Origin: the human T2T-CHM13v2.0 reference genome, Homo sapiens
DNA length: 64,000 nt
Strand: one strand, 5' to 3'
Assembly: GCF_009914755.1 (NCBI RefSeq)
Contig: NC_060930.1
The translations under genes and the position numbers were made by a program. Shown piece by piece: positions 1 to 14,039 of this stretch. The notes below the pieces were generated by a model that had not been told where the DNA came from, ran no database searches, and was given only the letters and a program-made list of their open reading frames with translations. Numbering within the stretch: position 1 is the stretch's first letter; every line of letters starts with the position of its first letter.

Positions 1-1362
1 ACTAGTTCTTTCTCATCCTAGGGAGCTATCATGTCTTATTTTTGAAATTGCTAAAGTTGTGACGAGGCTTTTCTAAATTCTTTTTTGAGGGTATTACTGT
101 AGTTTATGTTGTGGATGATCATTTGGCTTTGTTTCTGGGTGCTTTCAGGGGACAAAGGCTCTGTATGGATTCTTTGGTTGTGGATAGGTCCTATGTGGTA
201 GCTTTCTCAGATGCTGCTTGTCGTAGTGATGTATTTTTGTTGGTGGTGCAGTTCAGGCTGAAGTCCAGTAGATGGTGCTTAAGAGTAAGAGCTTGCAGGT
301 AGACTGCTGCCTAGAGGACACACCCACCCTGACAGGCCTTGCAGGAAGAGATTATAATGTGTTAAGCTTTAGTCTCTGGGGAAAGGGGCTAAGTGTGGGT
401 ACCAGTTCCTCATCCTTCCCCAACAGAAACATAATCCGCTTCCCTTTACTCACCTGGTTTATGACATGTTTACAAAGGCTTCATCCTTTGGTTCCCTGAT
501 GCACTGTAGCTGTGGGACATGGATCTGTCTCTCTGACAGCTAATGCTAGAATGTGAGTTGGGGCACTCTCTAACCCCAGTGCATGGCAGGCAACTCCACG
601 TTCTGTCCTCTGTTGCCAGGGTGCTGCTGCTCTGTATAGGAAGGGGTGCTTTACCCCACTCTTCGTGAAAGCCCAAGCAGGTGCAGGTTCACTTTCAGTT
701 TGGTAGAGACACTGGGAATGCATAAAAAGCCAGTTTCATTCAGTGCATGTTGACTTTCAGTGTGGGTGGAGCTGCCAGAAAAGCACAAAATGCACCTTAT
801 TTCAGTGAATGCTCACCAGGTCTTGCTGGAGGAAATGCTGTGTCGGCAATAATGTATGGGGCAGAAGGGCCAGGAGATGAACCCTTTGCCATTTGCAGTA
901 CCTTCAGCAGCTGACACCGTGTCCATGTTTCCATTGTTCCAAGGGGAGCTTTGTCAGGCTGTGCTTCCCCCTCCCTTTGGGGCAATCCATACCAAGGGTT
1001 AGGTCTCCAGAGGACACACAACTTCCCAGGGACCTGCTGGTCCCCTGTGCTTGCCAAAGTCAGAACAGGTTGTGTGGTATTTTTGCAAATGATCTGGTGT
1101 TGCACTTTCTTAAGGGCAGAGCATCCCTGGGCAGGGCAGTGGCACCACAGGGACACAACCAGTATGGCACAACCAGTATGTTTCTGAGGGGAGTGTGGGC
1201 ATGGCTGCAAGAGTGGGCCATCCAGTTCTCTGTTCCCAGAAAGTTCTTCTGGGCAATAATGTTGCCCTGGGTTGTGAGGATAGAGGGGCTTCCCAACAGT
1301 TGAGCAGTAAGCAGGTTGTCAGATGAGTGAGAAGAGCAGAGAAGCACTCCCACCTATCCTTT
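1..1362 (-). mobile_element. Old L1 (L1M/L1PB-type) 5' region, antisense, continuing off the left edge
   Basis: Resembles antisense L1 5'UTR sequence (similar in style to 25430-25740). Abuts plus-strand L1 ORF2 sequence at about 1363. Confidence 0.55.
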
Positions 1363-2773
1363 CCACTGGGGAAAGGACAGTTTCTTCAATAAATGCTGCT
1401 GGGAAAAACTGAATATCCATGTGCAGAAAAATGAATGCAGACCCCTATTTATTACCACAAACAAAAATCTAATCAAAATGAATAAAAGACTTAAATATAA
1501 GACCTGAAACTGTAAAAAAAAAAATAAGTAAGTAAACATTGGCACTGGTGAAATGCTGCAGGACATTGTTCTGGGTGAAGATATTTTTGTGCATGACTTC
1601 AAAAGCACAGGCAACGAAAGCAAAAATAGACAAGTGAGATTACATCAAGCTAAAAAAGCTTATGCCCCAAAAAGGAAACAATCAACAAAGTGAAGAGACA
1701 ACCTACAGAATAGGATAAAATATTTACAAACTATTGATCTAATAAAGGATTGATAACCAGAATATAGAAGGAGCTCAAACAACTCATGAGCAAAGTATCT
1801 AATAATCAATTTAAAAATAAACAAAAGATCTGAATAGACATTTCTCAAAAGAAGACATAGAAATGGTCAGCAGGTATATGAAAAATGTTCAACATCACTA
1901 ACTGTCAAAGAAATGCAAATCAAAATCACAAAGAGATACTATCTTGCCGAGGTAAAATGGCTTTTATCCAAAGGACAGGTGATAAATAATGCTGGAGTGG
2001 ATGCAGAGAAAGTGAATCCTCATACACTTTTCATGGGAATGTAAATTAGTGCAGCCACTATGGAGAACAGTATAGAGATTCCTCAAAAACTACCAAAAAT
2101 AGAACTACCATATGATCCAACAATTCCATTATTTGGAATTTACCTGAAAGAAAGAAAATCATTATATTAAAGATATCTGCACCCTCATGTTTATTGCAGC
2201 ACTACTCACAATAACCAAGATATGGAATCAACCTATGTGTCCAAAAAAAAACCTGAGTGGATAAAGAAAATGTGGTATATAAACAAAGTGGTATATTATT
2301 CAGCCATGAAAAAGAAGGAAATCCTGTCATTTGCAGCACCATGGATAGAACTAGAGGCCACTGTGTTTGCTGAAATAAGCCGGGCACAGAAAGACAAATA
2401 TTCCAGGTTCTCACTTATATGTGGGAACTAAAAACTTGGATCTCATAAAGACAAAGTGTAGACTGATGGTTACCAGAGACTGGGGATGGTAGTAGGGAGG
2501 GAGGGAGGGATAAAGAAATAAGACCTAGCATTTGATAGATTAGTAGGGTGGCTAGAGTTAACATTAATCTAGTGTATATTTCAAAATATCTAAAAGAATA
2601 TTTCAAATGTTCCTAATATTTAAAAAGATAAATATTTAAGATGATAGATGTCCCAGTTACTCTGATTTCATCTTTACACATTATATAAATGTATCAAATT
2701 ATCCTAGTATCCCCAAAATATGTGATTCTATTATGCAGTAATAAAAATATGTAGCAATACTACAATTAAAAAA
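1363..2773 (+). mobile_element. L1MA 3' end (ORF2 C-terminus + 3'UTR)
   Basis: ggggaaaggacagtttcttcaataaatgctgctggga; degenerate ORF2 C-terminal peptide WIKKMWYI...YYSAMKKKEILSFA in ORF 2222-2431; L1MA-type 3'UTR ending in an A-rich tail. Confidence 0.9.
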
Positions 2774-3426
2774 TCTTCCCCAAAATAGATTTTGTTTTCT
2801 GAGTAGACTTAGGAAAGAGTTTGTTGGTGGACAAACACTCATTAATTTTTGAGTGGCGTGGAAGAGGGGAGAAGCAGCATCTTTCCAGTATCTCTGAGTT
2901 TTGTTACTCCAGGTTCCAAGCCAAAGACTGAGATATGTGCATAACAAATTATTTATATCCTGAAAACAAGGTCACCCATGTCTATAGTTACCAGCTACTT
3001 CGGTATTAAAAAGGTAAGAAAGGGCAGAATGAAAAACCGACACATTAAAGTTCATTTTAAATAAATCGTAGGGAGAAAGAGGAAGCCAACACTTAAAAAT
3101 CTGCTTTAAAACTAATGTGATTTTTTGTGTGTGTGAGGCAAGGCTGAGTAACCCATTATTTCTATAGTTTTTAATACAAAGATTAATTTTCATCACAGTT
3201 AACAATATGACCTAGGAACTCTATCCGTGTCTAGATTATGTAAAATTACGAACTAGACAAGACTTTTTCTCACATTTTTATTCATCATCTTCACTCTTCA
3301 TCTGAGTTCTCATTTTTACTTCCTTTACCAAAGTTCAGTTTCATGTTTAATAAACAAGTTACCTAAAATTTAAGTTACCTGAAATATTTCTTAAAAGCTT
3401 TGAATCAAGTAACAGCTATCAGATCC

Positions 3427-4070
3427 TGTCTTAGGTCAAGTTCATTAGAAGAGCCTGAGACTGAGATTCTTAACAACTGTGATTTATTAAGGGAGTATTC
3501 TCTGGAGAAACCTGTAAGACAGTGAGTGGAGTGGCAGAAGAAAAGGGGAGAGCAAATAAAAATGCAGTTTCAGGTGAGGTCCAGCCTCAGCCCGATCATA
3601 CCTAGTGCTCTAGAGCAGGAGTCCCCAGCCCCGGGCGGCAGATCCTATAGGTCTGTGGCGAGCCTGGCCGCACAGCAGGAGGTGAGCAACAGGCCAGCCA
3701 TTACCGCCTGAGCTTCGCCTCCTGTCGGATCAGCGGGACATTTGATTCTCATAGCAGCGTGAACCCTACTGTGAACTGCCCATTTGTGAACTGCGCATGA
3801 GCGATCATGCGCTCCCCACCCCACCCCCGCCCCACATGAAAAAAAAACATTGTCTTCCACAAAACCAGTTCCTGGTGCCAAAGTTACAGTCTGTCTCCCA
3901 GGAGGCAAGGGCTTTTGTGCTCCAGCACCAGTCAGTCATCTTCTGGTCTCATGAGTGCAGCAGTTCCACAGCCCAAGGCAGTCCTCCAGGAGAGGTTGAA
4001 AAAGGGTGTCCATAGCTGAAGATAAAAGGGATTTCCAGGAATTCATTTGAGACACCAACAGTGTCTGCTA
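3427..4070. mobile_element. Old ERVL/MaLR-class LTR, interrupted by MER1
   Basis: Starts tgtcttaggtcaagttc...agagcctgagactgagattct...gtgatttattaagggag, typical of old ERVL/MaLR LTR ends. Confidence 0.5.
3616..3883 (+). mobile_element. MER1B-like hAT-Charlie DNA transposon
   Basis: caggagtccccagcccc...gccgcacagcaggaggtgagc...cattaccgcctgagcttcgcctcctgtcggatcagcgg...ttgtcttccacaaaaccagttcctggtgccaaa matches the recalled MER1 consensus. The right terminus is truncated. Confidence 0.85.
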
Positions 4071-4847
4071 GAGCCTTATCAAAATGTTTATTTCTCTAAA
4101 ACATTAAATCTTTTTTGAGTGGCTTGCACCGGAGAAGGACATGAGGGAGGGAGAAGCAATGTCTTTTCAGTCTTTTCAGAGATTTGAGGTTGTTATTTCA
4201 GCTTCCAAACATGATTTTTCACAAATCTGACTTAATAATGCTTGCTACACATTAAACAAACAAAGAGAAACAGTTTCCCCTACAAACTTTCTGATCCGTG
4301 TGGTCTTTTTCTCTGCAAAGTGCTTTTCAGGTCTTTTCATGTAAATACAGATATTAAATCTGTAACAATGTAGATATTTTTCTTGAATCTCCTAATGATC
4401 CTGAGATGTAAGTGGAACAAGTATTTATTGTCATTTTGTAAATAAGCAAACCAAGACCTAGAAACTCCATAGACTAATGGTATTCACACAATTCTTAAGT
4501 GCTACTTCAGAAAACCTAATTCAGTGTTCTTTTCACTTTGCTACAATCTCTGTTTCAAATAATGTTTAAACTTCCCAAACTATGTTTTTATTTAACATTT
4601 CAAAATTGCATCATTCTAGATAGGACTTTATTTCAAAGATTCTACCTAGAGGCAAAGCACCTAGAATAGCATGAACAATATTTAAGAACTACATTCATCA
4701 CTTATTATCTACGTGACCATAGGCAACTCATGCTAAACTTTAGTTTTCTCCACTGAAAAACAACAAGTGGAAATAATACCTTTGTACCAAGGTGATTTGG
4801 ACTATATTTACAAGAGATAAAAGATTTGCACATTATAAAATCCATTA

Positions 4848-4903
4848 ATATATTATTATTATTATTATCATCATCATCATCAACAGCAGCAGCAGCAGCA
4901 GCA
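4848..4903. repeat. Compound (TAT)n(CAT)n(CAG)n microsatellite at the end of a MIR fragment
   Basis: Seen directly: tattattatt...atcatcatc...cagcagcagcagcag. Confidence 0.9.
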
Positions 4904-6203
4904 TCTGGGAAAGATCAGATAATATAGCATCAGGTCCAGTTTTTGTTGGTTATTTTTTTTTCAAGATAACCATTACATCACACCTTTAAATCTTCTATTA
5001 TCCAGAAGGTTTTAAGAGTCAAAGGTAATAGGACTCTAGACTTGGCTTTATCACCAGATAGTATCTTGTCCATCCTAGTGACAGCAAAACTTGACTCTTC
5101 TTCTATTGTATGGGACTCAATTCCACGTGGATGCCAGACAACCTGTTGAGGCCCAAAGGATGTGTTGACATTCTTGATGAATTTTCCTCCATTTTTCATA
5201 TAGGTACATAATTTGCTGCCTCGGTAACATAGTTTGGCAGTGCCATTTTCATCTACTCTTTTTTAAGGAAATCTTTACACTGTACTGTTTCACTTCAATT
5301 CAAATTTTAAATAGAATTTATAACCACAGTTTTGGGTCATAAAATATGGATATATATATATAAGAATTTTTCTTTAAAAATAAAAAAGTAAATTCTGAGG
5401 TTTAAAAATGTATAAAACTACCATAATCACAATGCACAATTACTATGAATTATTTTTCATCCTGGACAGTGAGTGAGAGATAAAGGATGTTATAAGAACT
5501 ATATTAAAATAAGCAACATCTCCAGCCTTATAATCTTTCCATTAGAAGGTCTGGAGATTACCGAATAGTTACTCCAGCATTCTGAACTATGCTAATTATT
5601 ATCACAAGCCATATGGACCCTAAAGTTTCTTAAGTGTGTTAATATATTCAAAATAGAATAATATGTTTTTGGCAAATTTTCACATTCATGAGATATGAAT
5701 TCAAACAGAGCATTGTATTAAAAAGCAGTTTAAAGCAACCATATCTCAAATTATTTTATCAAAATAAAATGGATTTTTGACTTAAAGAAAATACCTATAC
5801 AACAGTCAAATATCTGCATATAATATAGTTAGTAGAAGAAAAAATTTTTCTTGCATACATATAGCAATTAGCATTCAAAACATAATTTTCCTTCTGTTTT
5901 CCTAGCTGGCTGAATTGTACCCAGGAGTAGGTGACTGTGTGATAATGTAAATGACTCAATATATCCTAAATATTTACCATCTAATTTTTAAGATCAGTGA
6001 TTGAAATTGCAGTACAGCACATAACTCAGCTGAAAGAAAGAGACAGAAAGGAAGGGAAGAAGGAGGAAAGGTTGTTTTGGCAACCATGTAATTTTATGTC
6101 AGCATGTGATTTTTCTAAATGTATAGAAATATTTAGTGTATAATTGGTTTTGTGCTTATATTTTTAGTTTACATAAAGGCTAGTTCTTTATATAGCTTGA
6201 TTC

Positions 6204-6430
6204 AGAAAGAAAAAAAGAAAGATAAAGAGAGAGAGAAAGAAGAAAGAGAGAAAGAAAGGAAAAAGAAAAAGAAGGAAGGAAAGAAAGAAAGAGAAAGAAA
6301 GAAAAGGGGAGGGGAGGGAAGGGGAGGGAAGGGGAGGAGGGGAGGAGGAAGGGCGGAAGGAAGGAAGAAAAGAGAGAGAAAAGGAAGGAAGGAAGGAGGG
6401 AGGGACGGAGGGAGGAAGGAAGGAAGGAAG
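6204..6430 (+). repeat. GA-rich polypurine simple repeat (GAAA/GGAA/GGGA)
   Basis: About 225 nt of almost pure purine on the + strand. Confidence 0.95.
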
Positions 6431-6777
6431 GCTGGTTGATTTCGGTGAGATCAGATAATCATTTTGCCACATTTTAGTGACTTAAATTCCCCTGGACTAA
6501 TCCCGAATACTGCAGCAAACTGACTAATTCTGCAGAATACAATAATTTTACAATGACTTAAAAATATATAAAGGTTGATGCCCTTCTGTATTTTTCAAAG
6601 AAATGGTTCTTCTAGATCAAGCATTTTCTTTAGGCTTTAATATAATCTTAAATATAAACAAATATATATCTAAAATGGGAAGCACTGGTTTCACTAACTG
6701 TAGCTCTTCAGAAATTAGCCTTTTTCTGCCTTCCATATTTATGCAGAAAATAAAGGCTTTAAGAATTCATTTATATC

Positions 6778-7081
<304 letters not shown>

Positions 7082-8539
7082 TTAAATCTTAAAAGACAAC
7101 ACAAAGATGTCTCGATGATCGTAGAACCTCCTTTTCCTGCTGTTAGTTTTTCAGACCTCCAGTGATCATTCTAGCTCTAGGGGAGAATAGTACTGCTCAT
7201 ACAACCTGACCCAAATCCTTTGGTTTAGTTCAAAATCGGTGAGCACAAAACAACAGGAATTCTATATTAAATTGAGCTTATACTTGTGTCGTGGTACATT
7301 TTTTAAAGTTTCATGTCAAACTGTGGGATAGAAAAATAGTGCATTAGGTCATCCAGAGGATTTTCACCTCTATCCAATTATTTTCAGCACGGGCTCTATC
7401 AACCTATTTATAGATAATTAGTTAATTATTTATTTTTGTTTTTCTAACATACCATAGTCACACAGTTGAGTGTATATTGGTCTTACTATACTTAAGTCCA
7501 AATTGAAACTTAATAAGGGCAGCATTCTAGAAAAACTATTTGATGATGTAGTTGATTCCATCACCAAGACATACTTCAAACCTAGAAAATCTCTAGTGAA
7601 TATTTTTATGGGCTTTCAGTTCTAAAATGAATATCATTATATGTTTTGATGATTTCCATAAATGAGGGTAAAAAAGTTCCAAATAATGTGACAACTATTA
7701 ACTCCTTCAGATGTCAGGAAATAATTTTTTTAATTATTATAAATTAAAATCTAAATGAATATGATAGCATCTGAGGTGGACTACATGGATAGGAAGAAAT
7801 AAGCTGCTCAATACTCTGTGATGAAAGAACAATTATTTTATCTTTGCCCAAGAAATTATTAATATAATTCCCCTATAATATTCTCCTTAAGTCAGTGTTC
7901 ATTTAATAAGGAAAAAAAAAATCTTACCTATTAGTAGAAATGTTATAGACATGCATTGTGCCCTTGGTAAAGAAATAATAATACCACTCAATTATATGGT
8001 ACATAAAAGTTTAAAAACATTTCACCTACAGGCCGCTCAGCAAGAACATGCATCCCCACTTGGATCAGACTTCCTTTTACAGAAATAAACTTTCATATTA
8101 ATCACAGATCCATGGTTTATCTTTCTATGGGAGACCAATTTAAAACCTACAATTGGTAATTGTATCTCAGTCAGCATCTGGGCAGTGCATTCTCCAGCAT
8201 ATAAATTTTGGAGATTTCTATTTCATATGTGGGACATGTAATTATTAAAAAAAAAATAGGTTAAAAGTTTTCTGACAGATCATGTCTTGGTTAACAATTC
8301 TGCCATGAAGAATATCTCTTAATTCCTCTTTTATTGATTTCATTCTATTTTATAAAAGCTATCAAATAGTTACCTATTCACACTCATTTAATTTGAAAAT
8401 TATTTATGACATATGTTGTTATTGAAACTTCAGAGGAGCCCTCTCTTATTTGGTGGTTCTGGATCAACCATTAGGGTTCAATGTGAGCCAACAGAGTTGT
8501 AGTGGGGGGGGTTTCATTATTGTTTTCACCTTTCTTATT

Positions 8540-9350
8540 TTATTTCTTTATTCCTTCTTTACCCACCTCCAACCTGCCTGCATAGGCAACCATTTAATCC
8601 TTTGTAAGCATGTAATCTTATTAAATGTATATCATTATTTTTTATGCTTGTGTTTTTAATTTTCACAAAGACTGGTGCATTATATAGCTAATTCTCTTTC
8701 TTGGATTTTTTTACTGAGCACAGTTTTTTAAAGATTTGCCTATGTCACCATGTGGACCTTGAGTCAGTGGCATCTAACTGCCATACAACATGGCGAGTAT
8801 ACTTCTTCACTCCCCTGTAATGAACATCCAGAATGCTTCTAACTTCTTACCTCCACAAATAATTCCCTACAAGGAATATACACATGTATAAGCCCCTGTG
8901 GATCTGTACAAAAATTACTATGGGACTTATATTCAGTAGAATAATTGATGTCTAAGAAGTTGCATGCTTTTCTCCAGAACAGCTCTGCAATCCCACCAGA
9001 GGGGCCTGAGCATTCCTAAATCCCATACAGCCGTCAGTGCTTTGCACTTTAAGTCAAGCTAAGATTGGTATAGTGAAATCAAATGGTGGTTTTCATTTGC
9101 ATTTATATAATTATAAGCAATTTGAAAATCTCTTTATGTGAAGAGACTGTGGTCTTTTTCAATGCACAGAAGTCCTCAATTTTTGCTTAATCACAATGAT
9201 AGACTTTTTGCCCTATGGTGTGCACTTTCCAAATTTTTTAATACTTCCCCATAACGTGATCACAGAGCTATTTTACTGACTTTTCTTCTGTTAACTTTAC
9301 AGCTTTATATTGCACATGTAGATCTTTATGCCACCTAGATACCTCCTTTG
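8540..9350 (-). mobile_element. Ancient L1ME-type fragment
   Basis: Degenerate antisense L1 3' motifs (e.g. tggtggttttcatttgcattt, agaagtcctcaatttt). Confidence 0.55.
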
Positions 9351-11161
9351 CCTGAATAACTTAGCATATATTGTGAACAATAGTCTCAGAAGAGCAGATA
9401 GGTATAAATGTGGGAATGCAGCATTAAGAAAGTATAAGAGCAAGTTGTAATAACTGACAAGAAAATATATTATGTCAGGAAAAACAAATTGGTGAGAATT
9501 ATTTTTAACAAATTCACCTTTTCAATGAGTCTATTTTCAGATTTGTGCTTGTGTATTATAAAAGGAACCCAAAGGTAAAGGCATTTTGCAAATAACTATA
9601 TATGAATTCAAACAGATTTCTGCAGGTATTGTGATGGCAATATTATATTGAAAGTGGACTTATTATTATAACAACATATATATTTCTTCATATGAACCAA
9701 AACCTTATATTTCTCCACTCCACTATGCTTTTCCTCTCTCCTTTTAACTGACATACACATTTAGTATAAATTAGAAATTAATAAACTACACAATTTTTCC
9801 ATGCCAATTTGCTTTTAAGCTTTACTCCTAATAGTAAAATAAGATAGATATTTAAAGGAATGTTAAGTACCAAGTCTGTCATTATTTAAGCTTTGAAATA
9901 ATGTGTGAATATTTTATTTTTGAAAAGTAAAATACTGAATATTTTGTCAGATCAAACTTTCAGCATTGATACTTAATTGATAATGGCACTTAAAATTCTA
10001 TGTGAAAAATAAGATAATTATTGGCTGGATTGGCTGTATATATAAAAATTAATTAAAGGAATTATGTGGAATATAAGAAATATGCCTATTATTAAATATA
10101 TTAAAATAAATTTATTAAAATATTTTTAAATATTTGTAAGTGTTAATACACTGACATATTCACATACCCTCAAATTTTTCCTTTATCTTACTTTCATTTA
10201 TGTATATAGAATGAGAACATTGATAATAACTATGACTGTTGAAAGTTACAAAAAAGTTTAAATAACTTTAGCAGAAACTATTTCAAAAGTAAATTAAATA
10301 CAAAAAGTTAAATTAAATTTGAACATTGTGAAAACATTTCAGAGCAAATTCTAATAACTGGGCATATGGTTTTCTCTGCTATTATGTTTGTTTCTTAACG
10401 TAGAAGGAAAGATTAAGACAGTTTCAGAGGCACATGAAATATAAAAGATTTACTTTAGGAATGAAATATTGCTTTAAAATAATTGAACTTGCAATTTCAT
10501 TTCCTTAAATTTCTAGCTCCCAACTAAATATTTTAATTTATTAGTTGTTTATCTTTAATCATAACTTTATCCTTATATACCAGACATTTAGAATTTTTTA
10601 ATGATTTTACACTTTTTTAATATGGGGGGATTTTATTTTATATACCAAGAAAAGTGCTAATTAAGTAAGTCTGGTTTTTAGGTTTCTGTGAGCACAAGTA
10701 TCCCATAGTTGTGTGTGTATGTACATGTACCTGTGGTGTTTCTCCTTGTTTGTATGTAATCTTTAAATCCAACTTCTGGTTAGCTTTGAAATGAATGAAG
10801 AGGTATACTATATACTAATCTGTTCCTTTTTACAAGCCCAAAGCACAGCTGCTGTTGTGGAAGTAAAAGCTCTCACTGTGAGATCGGTGTGTCCAGGACG
10901 TGACTCCTACTGGGTAGCAGGGTTAGTTGGTTGATGATGTGTGTGAGAGATTTTCCCCTTCTGCCAACAGAGCTTCACATGGATTTCTTTTTTCTAAAAC
11001 TAAACATATTATCAAAGACAATGACCTTCACAGATGGAGACAGACTTGCTTTTCAGTAAGGGACTGACAGCAGTGATAATTCCCTGACAGAATTTGTAAG
11101 CAAACTTATGAAAAATATGCCTGTGTTGGCAATCCAATAAAATAAAATTAACCAATTAACC

Positions 11162-11730
11162 TGTTATTTTGTTCACTATTGCTGCTTTAACATGTTACTA
11201 CAAACATTGATGTGTTAAACAACACAAGCTTATTATATCACAGTTCTGGAGGTCAGAAGTCTGACACAAGTCTCACCGAGCTAAAATCAAGTCATCATTG
11301 GGCTTCAACAGAGCTCTGTTCCTCTGTAGAAGTACTGGATAGATCTCTTTCTTTGCCTTTCCCAGCTTCTAGAGGATGCCTGCATTCCTAGGCTTGTAGT
11401 CCCCCTTCCTCCATCTTCAAAGCTAACAAAATGTAATCTAGCCCTTTCCACATCGTTTCGCTTGGCACTCTTCCATAGGCATATCTCTGCTAACTCTTCT
11501 GCTGCCCTCTTCTGTGTCCTTTCCATCTTCCACTCCTAAGATCTTCTCTCTCTAATACATTGGGCCCACCTTAATAACCCAGACTAATCTCCCTGTCCCA
11601 TGGTTAGCTGATTGGCATCTGTAATTTCACTTGTAACCTCAATTCCACTGTGCAGTGTCACTTAACATATTCAAAGCTGGGGATTGGTACATGAATATCT
11701 TCAGGGTGCCATTATTCTGCCTCTGCTATG
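11162..11730 (-). mobile_element. MLT1 (MaLR) solo LTR
   Basis: cacagttctggaggtcagaagtctgacac...ctaaaatcaag...cccagcttctagagg...cattattctgcct. Confidence 0.8.
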
Positions 11731-12737
11731 TAGCAGAAACTGATATTTCAGGAGACGTATAATACCTGCTCAAAAAAAGTTAATCTTCATCAATATTTAA
11801 TTATTGTATTTACTTGTTAATTAATCAAATTTTATTTTAGAATCTTAACTGGAGGGTAACTGATATGCAGTACAAAGAAAATAAGCGTGTGATTTCCTCA
11901 CTCTCTTAAGATCTACTGCCTACAGCAAGTTCCTACCAAAACAAAATAAAACAAAAAGAAATTCTATAAATGATTGCTATGTATCTTTACGTTTAATTTT
12001 GGAAAAATGATATGAAGTTTATAACTGATAAATGCTATTAAAATATTTCCTGATGTATTCATCAAATTTTGCTAGAATTTTACAAGGACCTTGTATCCTT
12101 CCCCCTACCACTACTGTCTCTCATATTCCAACTTCCACACTGCTCATGAAATTATTTTCTTAAAAAGAAAATTCTATCATGCCACCTTTTTTTCTTACAT
12201 TTGCCTTTTACTGCTGGATTTCTCAACTTGCCCTAATAGAGCCCAATGGAGAAAGAAACATGTGCTAATAACATATTCTCAAGGTAAGCTTATAAAGGTG
12301 TTTCTCTTTCAAACACTTCCATTCACTGAAAGCAAACAGCTTATAATGAATCTGTAAGTTGATAAATACCCATCTCGTTCTTTATTACAGTAATTAGCAT
12401 GGCATGTAAGATCGGCAGAATGAATCACTTTTCTGTTTTAAATTATAAATATCTCCTAACATATCTGTGTCCCTTTCAAGGCAAAGGGTGAATTGGAGTA
12501 GACACTGTTATCTGACTCTGGTATGTATTTCCGCACCTGTCATTAAAACATGGCATATAGCATGATGCCTCAGCTTGGGAATAAGAATACCTGAATTTTA
12601 GTTAAGGTTCTGCCACTACCTATTTCTGTAATGATAAACAAATTGCTAACTTGTTCTTATTTATATAATAGGAATAATAATAGCACTCACCTCATAAGGT
12701 TCTATTCATAAGTAAAATAACATTTGCAAGATATAAA

Positions 12738-13058
12738 GTGAAGGGAAGTGGGGAGGGGGGATAAAGTAGGGATGATTAATGCGTACAAGAATGTAGTTAG
12801 ATAGACCGAATACAATCCAGTATTTGACAGTACAACATGGTAGCTATAGTCAACAATAAGTTATTTTATATTTTAAAACAACTGTAAGAGTGGTATTGGA
12901 CTGTCCCTAACACAAAAGAATAATAAATGCTTGAGGGGATGTATACCCCAATTACCCTAATGTGCTTATTATATATTTGTATGCTTATATCAAAACATGA
13001 CATATACTCCATATATATATATATACACATATATATATACACCTATTATGCACCTATA
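12738..13058 (+). mobile_element. L1MA 3'UTR fragment
   Basis: gatgattaatgcgtacaagaatgtagttagatag...aatgcttgaggggatgtataccccaattaccc. Confidence 0.75.
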
Positions 13059-13483
13059 TGATATAGTTTGTATATGTGTCCCTGCCAAAATCTCATGTTA
13101 AATTGTAATCCTCAGTATTGGAGGTGTGGCCTGGTGGGAGGTGATTGGAGCATGGGGTGGATTTCTTATAGATGGTTTAGCACTATTCCCTTGGAACTGT
13201 CCTTAGTGAGTGAGTTTTTGCAAGATCTGGTCATTTCAAAGTGTGTGGTCCTCCTCCCCACTCTCTCTCACTTGCTCCTGCTTTCCCCATGTGATGTGCC
13301 TATTGCCCCTTCACCTTCCATCATAATTGTAAAGTTTCCTAAGGCCTCCTTAGAAGCTGAGCAGGTGCCAGCACCATGCTTTCTGTAAAGCCTGCAGAAC
13401 TGTGAGCCAATTAAACCTCTTTTTAAAATGAATGGCCCAATCTCAAGTATTTATTTATAGCGATGCAAGAATGGCCTTATACA
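13059..13483 (+). mobile_element. MST (MaLR) solo LTR
   Basis: tgatatagtttgtatatgtgtccctgccaaaatctcatg...cctgcagaactgtgagccaattaaacctct...atggccttataca with TG...CA termini. Confidence 0.9.
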
Positions 13484-13500
13484 GCACAATAAAAATGTAA

Positions 13501-13531
<31 letters not shown>

Positions 13532-13540
13532 TACAGTGCC

Positions 13541-13972
<432 letters not shown>

Positions 13973-14039
13973 ATAGTGCCTTTATCAAGGATTTTTTTTC
14001 GAGTTTCATGGATGAACCAACAAACAAATTAATACATGA

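Noticed and set aside
4883-4903. (CAG)n tract as polyglutamine or expansion locus
   Set aside because: It is short, intergenic and part of a compound repeat, with no surrounding ORF.
6152-6472. K/E/R/G-rich and F/L/S/P-rich ORFs
   Set aside because: These are translations of the GA simple repeat.
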